Below are positions 54,046 through 63,757 of a DNA stretch of 64,000 bases, piece by piece. The translations under genes were made by a program, and so were the position numbers. The first letter of the stretch is position 1; every line of letters starts with the position of its first letter. The DNA comes from Patescibacteria group bacterium. Its GTDB lineage: Bacteria; Patescibacteriota; Patescibacteriia; 2-12-FULL-57-11. The notes below the pieces were generated by a model, which ran no database searches, was not told the DNA's origin, and was given only the letters and a program-made list of their open reading frames with translations. The stretch covers positions 157,862-221,861 of the forward strand of contig SCUL01000001.1 of the NCBI GenBank assembly GCA_004297205.1, read 5' to 3'.

Positions 54046-55073
54046 TACTCGTGCGGCGGCGTGAACACTTCGACGGTGTCCGAGACCGACAATCCCGGTT
54101 TGCCTCCCCCGCCGACGACGTAGACCTTGCCGCCAACGACCGCGGCGCCGAGCCCATGCCGGCTGGTCGGCATCGGCGTGGCGTCCTGCCAGCGCTCCGC
54201 GAGCGGATCATACCCGTCCACCTCGCGGAAGGTGTGCGTGACCGCCTCTCCGCCAAAAATCCAAATCTTCCCGTCCACGACCGCCGCCGCGATGCCGCCG
54301 CGTGCCCGCGGCATTTCCGCGCCGTCCATCCAGCGGTTCTCCCGCGGATCGTAGACGGAGACGGTCGCGCGGTTGGCGAGCAAGGAGGCGTGCCGACCGC
54401 CGAACACGTAGAGTCTGCCGCCGATTTCGGCCGCGGCCAGGTGGTCGCGCGGGTCGGGCATGGCCGCCTTTTCCTTCCAGACGCCGGCCGAGGCGTCGAG
54501 GACGTAGAGTTTTCCGGAAAGGCCGGCCGAATCGACACCGCCGACGACGTAGATGTCGCCATCGACTTCGGCCGCAGCGGCGCCGCCCAAACCGTCAGGC
54601 AGGCGCGGCAGCTCGGCCCAGGTGCCGATCACCGAATCGAACGCGTAGACCTCGGGGAGCGGCGTGAATCCGGCGCCGGTGAAACCGCCGATGGCGTAGA
54701 GCACGCCGTCGGCGCCGACGACAGCGACGTGGTGCGCCGGGCGCGGCAGCGGGGGCAGCGATTCCCAGACGCCCGTTTCCGGATCAAGCCGTTCCACCGT
54801 GTCGAGAGTCCGTCCCAGGCCGTCGAACCCGCCGACCGCATAGACCTTGCCATCCACGGCGGCGACGCCCACTTCCGTGCGCGAGGTCAGCATGTGCGGC
54901 GCAGCTTCCCACAAGCCGCTTGCGGCATCGCCGGCGGGCAACGCTTCGGTCCGGAAGAACCGTTCGACTTCCACGGAACGCACGTACCAGACGTAGAGCG
55001 CAACGACGGCCACGACCAGCGCAAAGAAGACCGCGATCCGTTTGTGGGCGTAGGTGCTTCTGTCGAGTCTCAT
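54045..55073 (-). CDS. Kelch-repeat beta-propeller protein, membrane-anchored
   Basis: N-terminal TM. Repeated GG-doublet plus Y/W Kelch blades (VYAVGGFDG, LYAIGGFTG, IYVVGGVDS, LYVFGGRHA, IWIFGGEAV, VYVVGGGGK). Confidence 0.65.
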   Translation of the reverse strand: MRLDRSTYAHKRIAVFFALVVAVVALYVWYVRSVEVERFFRTEALPAGDAASGLWEAAPHMLTSRTEVGVAAVDGKVYAVGGFDGLGRTLDTVERLDPETGVWESLPPLPRPAHHVAVVGADGVLYAIGGFTGAGFTPLPEVYAFDSVIGTWAELPRLPDGLGGAAAAEVDGDIYVVGGVDSAGLSGKLYVLDASAGVWKEKAAMPDPRDHLAAAEIGGRLYVFGGRHASLLANRATVSVYDPRENRWMDGAEMPRARGGIAAAVVDGKIWIFGGEAVTHTFREVDGYDPLAERWQDATPMPTSRHGLGAAVVGGKVYVVGGGGKPGLSVSDTVEVFTPPHE

Positions 55074-57166
55074 AGGTCGGACACGTCGCTCAGGAATCCG
55101 CGCTTCTTCGGTTTCGCCGGGACGGGGTCGCCGTTGGCATCGCGTTCGATGGTCTCGTCCGCGTCGGCATCGGACGCATCGTCGGCCCCATCCAAGGTGC
55201 TCCCCCGTTCAATCGTCATGCGCTCCACGGCATCCTCGTCCATCTCCCCCAGAAATGGGGAGGGCTGCATCACCGTCAGCTTATCATAGCCGGCCACCAC
55301 CGGGTACGTGAGCAGCAGCTGCCGCCGGGCGCGCGTGACGGCCACGTAAAACAGGCGGCGTTCCTCTTCGATGCCGTTCTCTTCTTCGTAGGCGCGCGGG
55401 TGCGGAAAGCCCTGGTCCGTGAGGTGCATGACGAACACCACGTCCCACTCCAAGCCTTTGGACTGGTGGACCGTGGAAAGCACGATGCGGTCGCCCTGCT
55501 CGTCTTCTTTGCCGCGCTTGGCGCCGTAATCTTCCTTGAGGGAAATGTCCGTCAGGAAACTTTCGACGTCCTTGGCCTTCTCGGCGAAGGTGGCGAACTG
55601 CTCAAGGTCTTCGAGCCGGTCGCGCCAGTTCTCATGCTCCTGCTCGAGATGGTCGCTGTAGCCGCCCTTGATGACGGCGCGGATGATCTCGGACGGTTTG
55701 GTTTCCTTGCCGAGGTCGCGCAAGATGGCCGAGACGTCCTCCCAGCCGACGCGCGACTTCGGCGTCAGCAGGTCTTCGACCGGCATGGCGCGGACGAGCG
55801 AGAGCGACTCGAGCTGCGTGGTGCGGTCGGCGATGCGTCCGGCCGTGGCCGGCCCGATCCCCGCGAACATGCCGAGGATGCGCATCCAGGCGATCTGGTC
55901 GCGCGGGTTCTGGACGAGCTTCAGGAAGGCAACCATGTCCTTGATGTGGCCGCGCTCGAAGAACTTCATGCCGCCCCGGTAGTCGTAGGAAATGCCGCGG
56001 CGCATCAGTTCGAATTCGAGCGCGCGGGAGTGGTGCGTGGCGCGGAACAGCACGCACATCTGTCCGAGCGGCACGCCTTCGCGCTCGAGGGCCGCCACCA
56101 TGCTACCGATGAAGGCCGCCTCCTCGTCGGCGTTGGCCGCCGGAGCGACCACCGGTTTCGCGAAGGGCTTTTTCACTGCTTTCAGCTCCTTGGGGAACTG
56201 CCGCGTGTTGTTGGCGATGACGTCGTTGGCCACCCGCAAGATTTCCGGCGTGGAGCGGTAGTTGGTGACGAGCCGGAAGGTCTTGGCCTTGGGGTAACGG
56301 TCCGGAAACGACAGGATGTTCTCGATCGTCGCGCCGCGGAAGGCATAAATAGATTGGGCGTCGTCGCCCACGACGAGCAGGTTCTTCGTCGGCCCGACCA
56401 TCTTGTCGACGATCAACCCTTGGAGCGTGTTGGTGTCCTGGTACTCGTCGACGAGCACGTACTTGAACTGGCGGGACAGCGATTCCTGCACCGCCGGATG
56501 CGCGGTCAGCAGTTCCAACCACAACTCGAGCAAATCGTCGAAGTCGACGGCGTTGGCAATCCGCTTTTTGTCGCGATAGACGCGGGCGATGTCCTCGGCT
56601 TGCGCCGCGAACGGCTCCCAGGCCGGATACTTCATGTCGAGCGCTTCCTGGATGGGACGGCGCGTGTTGCGAGAAAATGACAGGGCGTCTGAAAGCACCG
56701 AAGCCGAGGGGACGCGCTTGGCAGTGCCGTCCACGAACAGGTCCTTGGCGGCCAGTTTCATCAGGTCACGGCCGTCTTCCTGATCGAGGATGGTGAAATT
56801 CGGCTGGAGGCCGACCTTGCCGGCGTGGATGCGCAGGAAACGGTTGCCGACCGCATGGAAGGTACCGGCCACGAGCCCCTTCGGGAAGGTGCCGACGAGG
56901 TCGGTCACGCGGTCGGTCATTTCCTTGGCCGCCTTGTTGGTGAAGGTCAGCAGCAAAATGTCGGACGTCGCCACGCCGCGCTCCAAGAGATACGCCACGC
57001 GGTAGGTCACGGTCCGGGTTTTGCCGGATCCGGCGCCGGCCAACACCAGGCAGGGCCCGTCTCCATGCAAAAGGACGTCGAGCTGTTCCCCGTTCAGCGC
57101 CTTCCGGTATTTTTCGGTGTCCACCTCACGCAGCGGCGCCTCGTCGATGCGGTACGTCTTTGGCAT
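55070..57166 (-). CDS. pcrA: ATP-dependent DNA helicase PcrA/UvrD family
   Basis: LAGAGSGKTRT Walker A, helicase motifs through VTRARRQLLL. 698 aa with acidic C-terminal tail. Confidence 0.9.
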   Translation of the reverse strand: MPKTYRIDEAPLREVDTEKYRKALNGEQLDVLLHGDGPCLVLAGAGSGKTRTVTYRVAYLLERGVATSDILLLTFTNKAAKEMTDRVTDLVGTFPKGLVAGTFHAVGNRFLRIHAGKVGLQPNFTILDQEDGRDLMKLAAKDLFVDGTAKRVPSASVLSDALSFSRNTRRPIQEALDMKYPAWEPFAAQAEDIARVYRDKKRIANAVDFDDLLELWLELLTAHPAVQESLSRQFKYVLVDEYQDTNTLQGLIVDKMVGPTKNLLVVGDDAQSIYAFRGATIENILSFPDRYPKAKTFRLVTNYRSTPEILRVANDVIANNTRQFPKELKAVKKPFAKPVVAPAANADEEAAFIGSMVAALEREGVPLGQMCVLFRATHHSRALEFELMRRGISYDYRGGMKFFERGHIKDMVAFLKLVQNPRDQIAWMRILGMFAGIGPATAGRIADRTTQLESLSLVRAMPVEDLLTPKSRVGWEDVSAILRDLGKETKPSEIIRAVIKGGYSDHLEQEHENWRDRLEDLEQFATFAEKAKDVESFLTDISLKEDYGAKRGKEDEQGDRIVLSTVHQSKGLEWDVVFVMHLTDQGFPHPRAYEEENGIEEERRLFYVAVTRARRQLLLTYPVVAGYDKLTVMQPSPFLGEMDEDAVERMTIERGSTLDGADDASDADADETIERDANGDPVPAKPKKRGFLSDVSDL

Positions 57167-57249
57167 GGCCGCAGCTTACCGGACCCGCGGAAAAAAAAGA
57201 ACGGCGACCCGTCCGGCCGCCGGCGCAGGAGCTGGTCCCGCGTCTGCTG

Positions 57250-58565
57250 CTAGTGGATCGCCGCGGACTGCGGCACGTCGCTGACCGCGCGGACCGGCTT
57301 GAGCGGGACCTCGAGGACGGCGACCAGGATTCCGACGAACTCCTTGGCTTCCTTGAGCCCGCCGTTGGCGAGCGTGCGCCGACCGTCGCGGACCGCGAGC
57401 ACTGCCTCGTCGTAGGGCAACCCTTCGATGCCTTTGAGCTCCGGCACGCGGCTCGCGAAACGGCCCAGCCGGTTCTCCAGCTCCCTGCCGAGGTCCGCCG
57501 GCAACTTCTCGCCGGCCAGCAGCGAAAGGTCGCGGTGGATGGCCCCCAGCTCGACGCGCTCGATCGTCAGGATGACGAGCTCGCGCGCCCGCTCCAGCGC
57601 CTGCCGGAGTGGCTCCACCTTGTGCTCCTTGAGCGCCACGGCGGCCACGAGCATCTGGTCCTCGATTCTGCGCCGCAGCGAGAGGAAGGGCTCCGCGTGG
57701 AAGACCTTCCCCATCTGCGTCAACCGCTCGATCGCCACGCCGATGCGCAGCGCCGGCCGCGAACCACCCGACCACTCGGTGTCGAGCAGCTCGCTCTCCT
57801 TGATGGCGCCCCGGAGCACCTTCTCCACCGCCGTGCAGGTGCGGAAGTGGAGGGTCAGCTCCTGCTCCAGCACCATGAGCTGGAGCGCGAGGCGCGGCCC
57901 GATGCTCCGAATGTCGTCGACGCGGCCGTTGACGCGGCGGAGACCGGCCAAGAGCCGCGCGCAGAGCGCGCCGACGTTACTGCGCCCCTTGCGGTCCTTG
58001 AGCAGCAGGCTTCTGCCGAACTGTTCGAGCGCCTCCTGCTTCCTGGGCAGGCGACTGCCGTCGAGTGCCTCGACGAGCTTGCTGATCAGCGCCTTCAGGT
58101 GGAGCGCGTCCGCCGGCTCGAGCCGACGCACGGCCCGCATGTAGGCGAGCGCGTCCTTCGCCGTGTCGGACGTCGCGAGCATCTTCTCGAGCTCGCCCGG
58201 CTTGACGCTGCCGTTCTCCGGCTCGTAGCCGACGATGGCGTGCAGCGTGCCGCGCTGCGCGGACAGCAGGTCGCGGTACCGGCTGTGGCGCAGCTCGCGC
58301 TTGCCCGGATCCGCGTCGTCCCACTCGCGCCAACGCGGCAGCAGCACGTCGCCCTCGGTGAGCGCGCCCTCGGGCCTCACCACGATGTGGATCTTCGTCC
58401 CGTTCTCCGGCTGGAGCACGAACAGCCGGATCCGGCCGCCGCCCACAATGACTGTCACGGCATGGAATCCTCCCACGCCGTGCTTCCCGTTTCTCGACTT
58501 GTCGAAGGCCAAAATGTCCTTCCTTTCTGTGGAGCCGAAGATATCCAAGAAAGACCTTCCGGTCA
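57250..58565 (-). CDS. hypothetical protein (small beta N-domain plus long helical domain)
   Basis: Track ORF 57250..58746, but the rnc terminator occupies 58566..58612. Likely TTG start after AGGAAGGA SD (MAFDKSRNGKHGVGGFHAVTVIVGGG...). No family recognised. Confidence 0.4.
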
Positions 58566-58612
58566 AGGAGGGCGAATAAAAAAGAGTCGCTGAACGTTTC
58601 CGTTCAGCGACT
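58566..58612 (-). terminator. rho-independent terminator of rnc (GUCGCUGAACG-GAAA-CGUUCAGCGAC then UCUUUUUUAUU)
   Basis: Perfect 11-bp stem overlapping the rnc stop, followed by a U-run on the minus strand. Confidence 0.7.
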
Positions 58613-59284
58613 GCGCTTCGCGAGCGACGCGAGAGCGGCCTCGGCGGCTGCCTTCTCCGCTTCCTTCTTGTTGCGTCCCGTGCCGCGGCCGAATTCCTGG
58701 CCATTCTTGCCGCTGGCGCACACTGCGATCTCGTAGACCGACGCATGGTCGGGCCCGGTCACGCGGATGACTTCGTAGACCGGCGGACGGGAACCCCGCT
58801 GCTCCAGAAGCTCCTGCAGCCGCATCTTGGGGTTCTTCGACTCCCCCATGCGAAGCTGGGCAGCGAAGGCCTTTCGGAACAGATTTCGACAGGCCTCTTC
58901 GCCCTTGTCGCGGTAGACGGCGGCGAAGATCGCAGCGAGGCACTCTTCACGGATGCGGTCGGTGATCGAACCCCCCTGTCCCTTGCCGAGACGGACCACG
59001 TCGTTCAGACTCCATGCCTTTGCCACGCTGACGCGGTCGGCGATCGCGGCGTTCAACGCCTGGGCCGCCGGACCCGGATCTTCTCCAGGCAGGTCCACGA
59101 AGACCTCGGCGCCCAGGAAGTTGAGCAGGTGTGCACCCAGGAACGCCAGCCGGGCGTTGTGCATCGTGCCGGGGTTCTCGTGTGCGAACGAGCGGTGGGT
59201 GAGCGCCTGGACGAGTAGCTCCGGGTCCTCGAACTTCACGCCGATGCGGGATTGCAGCACGGCGAGCTTCTCCTTGTACTCCAC
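58604..59284 (-). CDS. rnc: ribonuclease III
   Basis: MEYKEKLAVLQSRIGVKFEDPELLVQALTHRSFAHEN...RLAFLGAHLLNFLGAEVF signature plus C-terminal dsRBD. Confidence 0.85.
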   Translation of the reverse strand: MEYKEKLAVLQSRIGVKFEDPELLVQALTHRSFAHENPGTMHNARLAFLGAHLLNFLGAEVFVDLPGEDPGPAAQALNAAIADRVSVAKAWSLNDVVRLGKGQGGSITDRIREECLAAIFAAVYRDKGEEACRNLFRKAFAAQLRMGESKNPKMRLQELLEQRGSRPPVYEVIRVTGPDHASVYEIAVCASGKNGQEFGRGTGRNKKEAEKAAAEAALASLAKRSR

Positions 59285-59305
59285 TGGATCCTCCTTTGGT
59301 TCCGA

Positions 59306-59348
59306 TTCCAGTGACGCGGGAGTATGCCCTATTTTCCTGGTTTTGTCA
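59306..59348 (-). promoter_or_regulatory. candidate rnc promoter TTGACAAAACCAGGAAAATAGGGCATACT
   Basis: Minus-strand reading: TTGACA, 17 nt, CATACT, ~25 nt upstream of the rnc ATG. Shares the TTGACAAAACC -35 block with the promoters at 4553 and 11846. Confidence 0.35.
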
Positions 59349-59351
59349 ACC

Positions 59352-60536
59352 CTACAGCACCCGGGCGATGACGCACTTGAGGTAGTTCCCCTCGCGGAAA
59401 TGGATGGGCTGGGGATGATCCGGCCCGGCGCCCCGGAACTCGAGAATCTGCAGCGGCCGCCCGGCCCGGAGCGCGGCCAGATGGAGCATGTTGGAAAACA
59501 ATTCCGGCGTGACGTGGTGGGAACAACTGGCCGTCAGGAAATAGCCGCCCGGCGCAACGAGGCCGATCGCCGCCGCGTTCATCTTCGTGTAGGCCTTGAG
59601 CGCCCGCTCCAGCGACTCAGTGCCCTTAGCGAAGGCCGGCGGATCGAGGACGACGACGTTGAAGCGCTCCCCCGCGCCGGTGAAGCTGTCGATGGCGTCG
59701 AAGGCGTCCATGACCATCCAATCCTCGTTGCGGGAGACGAATCCGTTCTTGAGGACGGTGGCCTGGCCGAGCTCAAGCGCGGCCGCGGAGCGGTCCACGG
59801 AAATGACGCGTGCCGCGCCGCCCGCGAGCGCATTCACGGTGAAGCCGCCGGTGTAAGAAAACAGGTTCAGAACCTGCGCGTTCTTGCAGTAGCGGCGCAG
59901 GGCCACGCGGTTGTCGCGCTGGTCGAAGAAGTAACCGGTCTTCTGTCCGGTATGGACGTTGACCACGGCGCGCAGGCCTTCCTCGAGGATTTCCATCGGA
60001 CCCTCCGGCACGGTGCCGCGCCGCACCCCCACGGGTTCGCCGGTCAGACCGTCCGCCTTGCGGCTGCCGACGTCGGAACGTTCGAAGATGCCGCTCGGAC
60101 TCAGCACCTCCATCAGCGCGTCCAGAATCGTCTCGCGGAAAAAATCGGCCGCGGCCGCCTGGAACTGCACCACCAGGACCGTGCCGTAGCGGTCCACGAC
60201 GAGCCCGGGCAGGCCGTCGCCCTCCGCGAACACCAGCCGGTAGCTGTCGGTGACGCGGCGGTCGAAGAGCGTCTCGCGCAACGCCACGGCCGCGCGGATC
60301 TTGTTGATGAAGAAGGCCTTGTCGACCGGCTCCTGATCGCGCGTCAGCATGCGCACCAAAATCTGCGACTTAGGGTTGTGGAAGCCGCGGCCGAGGAACC
60401 GACCCTCGTGGTCGCGCACGTCAACGACGCCGATCGATGCGGCGTCGCTTTTGCGGCGGTCGATGCCGCCCGAGAAAATCCAGGGATGTTCCGCGAGCAC
60501 GGTGCGTTCGCGACCCTCTTTGAGCGTCACGTGCAT
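59352..60536 (-). CDS. rlmI: 23S rRNA m5C1962 methyltransferase RlmI-like (PUA plus class I SAM MTase)
   Basis: Start MHVTLKEGRERTVLAEHPWIFSGGI is collinear with E. coli RlmI. SAM motif NLFSYTGGFTV...VLDPPAF. Confidence 0.75.
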   Translation of the reverse strand: MHVTLKEGRERTVLAEHPWIFSGGIDRRKSDAASIGVVDVRDHEGRFLGRGFHNPKSQILVRMLTRDQEPVDKAFFINKIRAAVALRETLFDRRVTDSYRLVFAEGDGLPGLVVDRYGTVLVVQFQAAAADFFRETILDALMEVLSPSGIFERSDVGSRKADGLTGEPVGVRRGTVPEGPMEILEEGLRAVVNVHTGQKTGYFFDQRDNRVALRRYCKNAQVLNLFSYTGGFTVNALAGGAARVISVDRSAAALELGQATVLKNGFVSRNEDWMVMDAFDAIDSFTGAGERFNVVVLDPPAFAKGTESLERALKAYTKMNAAAIGLVAPGGYFLTASCSHHVTPELFSNMLHLAALRAGRPLQILEFRGAGPDHPQPIHFREGNYLKCVIARVL

Positions 60537-60625
60537 AGCTGCCAAAACCAGCATCCGGCACTCAACCCTTGCATCGTCATGTTCATATCTTGGCCGTCAC
60601 GGCCGGTCGCATCACTTGTCCTCCG

Positions 60626-60656
60626 TACGAACAGTATAACAGCAGCCCCGCCTTTC
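60626..60656 (-). terminator. hairpin (gccccgcc-tttctgca-ggcggggc) downstream of the anti-sigma gene
   Basis: 8-bp GC stem. Weak U-run on the minus strand. Confidence 0.35.
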
Positions 60657-60701
60657 TGCAGGCGGGGCTGAGAAACCGAGGAGGTCTGGAAGGTCTCCGA
60701 C

Positions 60702-61502
60702 TCACCGGAGTTCCGAACCTTCCGACCCGGACTCCGACGCATCGTCGTCTTCGCTCCCGCCATCATCGACGGCATCGTCGTTCGAATCGTCATCGGCCGT
60801 TTCGGACTCCGACGCCTCTTCCGCATCAGCATCCTCGACATCTTCATCATCGTCGTCGATTTCCGACTCGACCTCGCGGGTCGCCTCCATCGCTTCGTCA
60901 ATGTCGGCCTGCGTCGATGAAGAAAATCGAGCGCGCACCGCCTCGAGCCGCGATTGACTCTGGTCCAAGGACGCGCCCAGCGCAGCGGCGATCCGACTCA
61001 CCGTCTCGGGCGGCAGTTCCGCCAGCGTCTCCTTAATGTCCTGCATGTACTCCTCGACGCGCCCAGCGGCCTCAGAGACCGCTGCCTCATCAAGCGTTTC
61101 CTGATTCTTCGCGAGTGCCTCGATCTCTTCCGCGCGGCGCGCGGCGAAGCGAGTCTTTACATCAACCTTCTTTTCGGATGAGAGGACGAAGGCCTCTTGA
61201 ACGCGTTCTGTTGTGATCTTCACGCCGTAGAGGGCGTCTCCAGGAAGATCGTTTTGTGCGGCTGCAACGGCGGCCCCACCGCCGCCGAGCAACATTGCGA
61301 TAACGAGAAAGAATGCAATCATAGGTTTCCATTGAATGAATAAACCGGGAGTCACGACCATCCCGTGGGAAGAGACGGCGCGAGGAATCGACCGAACGGC
61401 GAGTTCGGCGAGCAACGGCTCGCGCCATGCGCGAACTCGGCCCTCATACCCCCGAAGGGACCGGGCAGAACGGAAGAGTTCCTCTGGAGTGCGTCGCTTC
61501 AT
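60702..61502 (-). CDS. anti-sigma-factor-like membrane protein with DUF5667-type extracytoplasmic domain and hyperacidic C-terminal tail
   Basis: Short cytoplasmic N-terminus, TM (MIAFFLVIAMLLGGGGAAVAAA), helical ectodomain, tail EIDDDDEDVEDADAEEASESETADDDSNDDAVDDGGSEDDDASESGSEGSE. Start overlaps the sigma gene stop. Confidence 0.55.
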   Translation of the reverse strand: MKRRTPEELFRSARSLRGYEGRVRAWREPLLAELAVRSIPRAVSSHGMVVTPGLFIQWKPMIAFFLVIAMLLGGGGAAVAAAQNDLPGDALYGVKITTERVQEAFVLSSEKKVDVKTRFAARRAEEIEALAKNQETLDEAAVSEAAGRVEEYMQDIKETLAELPPETVSRIAAALGASLDQSQSRLEAVRARFSSSTQADIDEAMEATREVESEIDDDDEDVEDADAEEASESETADDDSNDDAVDDGGSEDDDASESGSEGSELR

Positions 61503-62086
61503 ATGCCGGGAATATGACGCGGCGAATCGGCCTCGACCAGGGCCTGCCGCAGGGCGCGTACCCCCCTATGAAGGGAGACGTAGACGGTCCCTGCATTCTT
61601 ACCGGTAATCCGGGAAATCTCGGAAATACTCAGTTCATCAAAGTACCGGAGGGTCAACACCAGGCGATGGTGTTCGGGGAGTGAAGAAAGCGCCCGGCGG
61701 AGCAAGGATGCGTGCTCACGGATCTCGGTTGCAGCAGCAAGATCCTCTCCCGACGCGACCTCCCACCGTCCATCTTCGCACAGTTCCTCAAGGGAAAGAT
61801 CAGATGACGCGCGCCGGCGGGTGCTGTCGACGAATGCATTCTGCGCGGTGCGGTACAGGAAGGCGCGGAATGCCCGAATGGTATTGCCCGTGCGGAGGTG
61901 TTCCCAAGTCCGTAGGAACGCCTGACTCGTGACATCCTGCGCCGTCTCATGGTCGCCGCTCCGGAAGAGCATGTGCCGATAGACGGGAATCGCATATCGG
62001 TCGTAGAGCATCGCGAAGGCTTCCGCATCGCCGGCTGCAGCGCGCATGAGGAGCGTGCTGTCAGATTCCAAAAGCGGATCGCTCAT
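61499..62086 (-). CDS. ECF-subfamily RNA polymerase sigma-70 factor
   Basis: Start MSDPLLESDSTLLMRAAAGDAEAFAMLYDRY. Region 2 (YRHMLFRSGDHETAQDVTSQAFLRTWE) and region 4 (LSISEISRITGKNAGTVYVSLHRGVRALR). Confidence 0.8.
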   Translation of the reverse strand: MSDPLLESDSTLLMRAAAGDAEAFAMLYDRYAIPVYRHMLFRSGDHETAQDVTSQAFLRTWEHLRTGNTIRAFRAFLYRTAQNAFVDSTRRRASSDLSLEELCEDGRWEVASGEDLAAATEIREHASLLRRALSSLPEHHRLVLTLRYFDELSISEISRITGKNAGTVYVSLHRGVRALRQALVEADSPRHIPGI

Positions 62087-62087
62087 G

Positions 62088-63746
62088 CTACCAGGAGCTG
62101 CTTCCGCCGCCGCCGAAACCGCCGCCGGAGAACCCGCCGCCCGACGAGAAGCCGCTCGATCCGGACGCGGCGGAGGAGGCCGGACGGGAGGCGGTGCCAA
62201 CCGTCGAGGCCATGTTGTTGAGGGAGTGGGCCAGCATGTTGGGATTCCACTGCGTGCCGGCGTACCACGACGGCGCCTTGGCGAGCGCGCCGGCGAAGGC
62301 CGCCGCCCACTGCGCCACGACGCCGAAGACCACCGCGTAGGGCAGGTACTGCTCGAACATCCCCTCCTTCTCCTGCCACTTCAGCCGGTCGCGTTCCGCC
62401 GTTTCCAGGAACAGCTTGAAGCCGCGGGCGTGGTCGCGGGCCAGCGCGCCCTTGTGCGTCGCCTTGGGCATGATCTTCCCGAAGACCACGAACAGGATGG
62501 CCACGATGCCGAACGAAATGTATCCGGCGAACCCGAGCGGAATCCAGAACATCAGCACGACGATGGCAATGCCGATGCCGTAGAAAAACTTGCGGACGCG
62601 TTCCGGGTTGCGCACGAAGTACTTCTCGGCGGCGAGGCGCGTGTAGGTTTCATCGGACAGCTCATCGAAGAGTTTTTTGAGCGTGCCCGCGCTTGCCGTG
62701 AGGCTCGTCTCGTCGCCGTCCTTGAAGAGGCCTTCATACAGCCGCTTCTCGACGCCGGAAAGCGCCGTCGGAACCTTGTCCGTCTTCGTGAGCGTCCAGC
62801 CGTCGGATTTCTTTCCCTCGCCGATCGGTGCCATGCGCAGGAACCCCTTCACGGCCAGGGAGACGATGCCGGCCGAGACGTCGCGCGGGTGGACGCGCGC
62901 GTCGAGGAGGGTGCCCAAGGAGACGGGGTCCATGCCCTGCGGCGGCTCGTATTCGGCGATGATGGTATGTCTGCCCTTCGAGTCGCGCCCGTTGAACCAC
63001 CACGCCCCGAACAACAAGATGAACACGAGCACCGGCAGGCCGAACACCGCGTTGTCCCCCACGAACCAGCGCACGCGGTCAAACGCGGTCGGCAGGGCGA
63101 TGACGCCTTTCGGCATGCCGACGACGATGGTCATCGGCTCGCGCGCCGTGAACAACAGCTGGCCGTCGCGTTCGACGATCGAACAGCGCGTATCGTCCGT
63201 GCTTCCGAGCGGCCCGGCGAAGCAGCGGGTCTTGATATCCGAGAGCGCCACGCCCTGCGGCGGCTGGACCGAGGCCGAAACGTCGGCCGGCAGATCTTCA
63301 TGGTTGAAACCGACGACGTTCCAATAGAACTCGTCATGTTCCGGGAAGGCGTTCCACGCGCGCTCCAGCACCGACTTCACGCGGTAGTGGACCGGGCCGG
63401 TCACCTCGACCGCCGCGTCGCCGATCTTCACCTCGAGGTTGTCACCGTTGCGGTTCGTCTCGAACGGAATCGCCTTTCCCCGCGCGTCCGTGACCGAGAG
63501 GACGCGCAAGCGGATGGAGCGGCGGTCGCCGGAATCCGTCCGGTAGCGGACGGGGACTTTCCAGATCAGCCCGTGGCGCGGCACCTGGAAGTCGACTTGG
63601 ATGTCTTCGGTGACGTAGATTGCACCGCCCGGGTCGAAGACGTACGAAGCGTCGAACGTTGAGAATTCGTAGGCCGCCGCGGACGCCGAAACCGGCGCGA
63701 TCACGAGCGCGGCGGCGAATGCGGCGAGGACGAGGCGGAGACGCAT
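62088..63746 (-). CDS. DUF2207-domain membrane protein with C-terminal Gly/Ser-rich tail
   Basis: Start MRLRLVLAAFAAALVIAPVSASA (signal). Extracellular DUF2207-like domain, TMs, tail SGSSGFSSGGGFSGGGFGGGGSSSW. Confidence 0.65.
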   Translation of the reverse strand: MRLRLVLAAFAAALVIAPVSASAAAYEFSTFDASYVFDPGGAIYVTEDIQVDFQVPRHGLIWKVPVRYRTDSGDRRSIRLRVLSVTDARGKAIPFETNRNGDNLEVKIGDAAVEVTGPVHYRVKSVLERAWNAFPEHDEFYWNVVGFNHEDLPADVSASVQPPQGVALSDIKTRCFAGPLGSTDDTRCSIVERDGQLLFTAREPMTIVVGMPKGVIALPTAFDRVRWFVGDNAVFGLPVLVFILLFGAWWFNGRDSKGRHTIIAEYEPPQGMDPVSLGTLLDARVHPRDVSAGIVSLAVKGFLRMAPIGEGKKSDGWTLTKTDKVPTALSGVEKRLYEGLFKDGDETSLTASAGTLKKLFDELSDETYTRLAAEKYFVRNPERVRKFFYGIGIAIVVLMFWIPLGFAGYISFGIVAILFVVFGKIMPKATHKGALARDHARGFKLFLETAERDRLKWQEKEGMFEQYLPYAVVFGVVAQWAAAFAGALAKAPSWYAGTQWNPNMLAHSLNNMASTVGTASRPASSAASGSSGFSSGGGFSGGGFGGGGSSSW

Positions 63747-63757
63747 AGCAGGATCAA

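Noticed and set aside
60537-60600. 9-codon ORF (MRPAVTAKI) with a perfect GGAGGA SD upstream of rlmI as a leader peptide
   Set aside because: Too short and unsupported. More likely the SD/TATACT belong to an alternative or spurious signal. Noted only as a curiosity.
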